DNA of 64,000 nucleotides from positions 2,816,001 to 2,880,000 of the forward strand of contig CP181291.1 in the NCBI GenBank assembly GCA_052279835.1, in the 5' to 3' direction. The stretch comes from Microcoleus sp. (GTDB taxonomy: Bacteria > Cyanobacteriota > Cyanobacteriia > Cyanobacteriales > Microcoleaceae). This document shows positions 62,167 to 64,000 of this stretch, one piece after another. Under the pieces are notes generated by a model, which was given only the letters and a program-made list of their open reading frames with translations, searched no databases and was not told the origin of the DNA. Position 1 is the stretch's first letter, and each line of letters opens with the position of its first letter. A program made the position numbers and the translations under genes.

Positions 62167-63999
62167 CTACCGAATTACCGCTAGAGCACCAGCACCGGCG
62201 GCTGCCGCGGCCGAGGAAAGTGCGGTAAAAAACAGCCACCAAGCCGCCACTTCTGCTGCTTTGCGGGTTTCTTCGGCTTGTTTTTCCGCTTGCAATTTGA
62301 TACTTTCCAGGCGAATCTGTGCTTCTTGCTGCAAGCGTTCAGCTCTTTGCAGGACTGTGTTTCGGCTTCTTTCGATCTGGTCTATCAAGCGGTTGGCGTC
62401 TGCTTCGGAGATATCGTCCCGGGAACTAATGAGTGCTACTAAAGTATCCCGGTTGAAGTGTCCCAACCGATCGCGCAAAGCTTCAAATCCAGCTTGGGGA
62501 TCGTCAAATAACTTACGAACATCCTTGGTAATACCTTCGTAGTTGAGTTCTGGGCGATCGAGCGAATTGAGATAATCCCGAACTTTTGCCAGAATCCCGT
62601 CAATTACCGACTGAATTCGCTCCTGAATTATCTGAATTTGCTGTTGGAATTGGTCGCGCACTGACAAAACTTGATCGACAATGCGATTGGCTTCGGCTTC
62701 CGAAATATCCGGCCGCTGAGACAGCAGAGAAACTACTGTAGCGCGATCGATATGGGACAGTCGTTCACCTAAACTGTAAGCCCCGACTTTCGGATCGTGC
62801 AGCAACAATTGCAAATCGCGCTTGATGGCTTCCGGATTCAATTCATCCTTGCCAGTATTCCGCAAATAATCTTCTAAAACACCCTGAAAATCCTGAACTT
62901 GACTTTGCATCCGCCTTGCCAAACGGCGGGGCGATTTCACAATCGAGCCGATGGTATCCTGCACTTGGTCGATAATTTGATTGACTTGTTCTTCGGTCAA
63001 ATCTTCTCTTTGAGAAAGCAGTTTTACCAAAGTATCGCGGTCAAAGTTCGACAGACGACCTCGCAGGGCTAAAGCTCCTTCTTTGGGATTTTCCATCAAT
63101 TTAGTCAAATCGCGCTTAATCCCTTCAGGATTCAGTTCAGACTTGCCAGTATTTCGCAGATAATCTGCCAGGGCAGTAGTTGTTTCGTCGTACTGTTCCT
63201 TAGCTTTGTCAGCGATCTTTTGCGGTGCATTCAGCGCACTGTGCCAAGTCTCTTCGGCGCTGTCGAGGAGTTGATTTACTTGGTCTTCGCTGAGGTCTTT
63301 CCGCTGAGATAGCAATTGTACCAAGGTTTCGCGATCGAACTTAGAAGCTCTCGATCTCAGCGCCCACATTCCCGCTTCTGGATTGTTTAACAGAGTTTTA
63401 AAATCTCGCTGAATCCCTGCGGGGTTGAGTTCTTCTTTTCCGGTAGATTGCAAGTATTCTTGCACTTTTTGCCACTGATTGTCTAGGCGGACTTGGGCGG
63501 CTTCTTGCAGACCTTTGGCATCTGCTAAAACTACATCTTTTGTCCTTTCCAACTCCTTAACAATCTGTTCTACTTCTTGAAAGCCGAAGTTTTCCCGACC
63601 TCTGAGGATTTGGATAAAACTATCACGATTGTAGGGAGCAAGCCGCTCGCTCAAGTGTTCGTAACTAGCATCGGAGTCTTCGAGGATTTTCTTGAACTCC
63701 TTACCAATACCTGCTGCTGTCAGTTCCTCTTTTGGTGTTAACTTCAAATAAGTTTCCACTCGCCACTGCAAATCCCGGACTTTTTCTTGTTCCTCCGCAA
63801 ACATAACAGTGTTTAAAACTCGCTGTCTAATTGCGTCTAATTCATTGGTGATTTCTTTGATTTTGCTTTGAGTAAATACTCCTCTGCTGGCCAGAATTTC
63901 CGCAAATTTTGACTTGTTGAGTTTTTCTAATTCGCGGCGAACTGTTCCCGCATCTGCACTAGGATCGTAGAGCACATCTCTAAAATCCCGCTCGATGGT
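62167..63999 (-). CDS. Large helical-repeat membrane-anchored protein, 5' partial
   Basis: ~97-aa repeats YLRNTGK.ELNPEGIKRDL..LL..P...DRDTLV.LLSQR.D; C-terminal TM AAWWLFFTAL; frame open to the window edge. Confidence 0.85.
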   Translation of the reverse strand, partial: TIERDFRDVLYDPSADAGTVRRELEKLNKSKFAEILASRGVFTQSKIKEITNELDAIRQRVLNTVMFAEEQEKVRDLQWRVETYLKLTPKEELTAAGIGKEFKKILEDSDASYEHLSERLAPYNRDSFIQILRGRENFGFQEVEQIVKELERTKDVVLADAKGLQEAAQVRLDNQWQKVQEYLQSTGKEELNPAGIQRDFKTLLNNPEAGMWALRSRASKFDRETLVQLLSQRKDLSEDQVNQLLDSAEETWHSALNAPQKIADKAKEQYDETTTALADYLRNTGKSELNPEGIKRDLTKLMENPKEGALALRGRLSNFDRDTLVKLLSQREDLTEEQVNQIIDQVQDTIGSIVKSPRRLARRMQSQVQDFQGVLEDYLRNTGKDELNPEAIKRDLQLLLHDPKVGAYSLGERLSHIDRATVVSLLSQRPDISEAEANRIVDQVLSVRDQFQQQIQIIQERIQSVIDGILAKVRDYLNSLDRPELNYEGITKDVRKLFDDPQAGFEALRDRLGHFNRDTLVALISSRDDISEADANRLIDQIERSRNTVLQRAERLQQEAQIRLESIKLQAEKQAEETRKAAEVAAWWLFFTALSSAAAAAGAGALAVIR

Positions 64000-64000
64000 T

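Overview
Chromosomal window from a filamentous cyanobacterium, probably Oscillatoriales (Microcoleus/Tychonema-like). This is inferred from dense HIP1 GCGATCGC sites, heptamer tandem repeats and many REP/MITE-like palindromes. In order it contains: a complete mycosporine-like amino acid cluster (mysABCD) between two Uma2 genes; rimO and a DEAD-box helicase separated by a ~500 nt highly structured leader; a small basic/acidic gene pair; an ncRNA array (two tRNA-like elements plus a ~260 nt rod-shaped RNA) upstream of an SPFH/slipin gene; an intact DDE IS with TIRs and TSD; bciB, an ABC1 kinase and cobU; GT2/GT2/acetyltransferase genes split by a CHAT-TPR and toxin-antitoxin-remnant block; mscS; tetR-devBCA; an integrase-N-domain/TM/lambda-type lysozyme fusion; yihY and CNNM genes; a glycosylation operon with a 2273-aa multi-GT; ftsH, tpiA, a hybrid histidine kinase and a partial helical-repeat membrane protein. 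The strongest novelty candidates are the two non-coding RNA regions (8325-8830 and 11095-11670) and the SAM-lysozyme fusion. All helices were paired by eye and no database searches were run.
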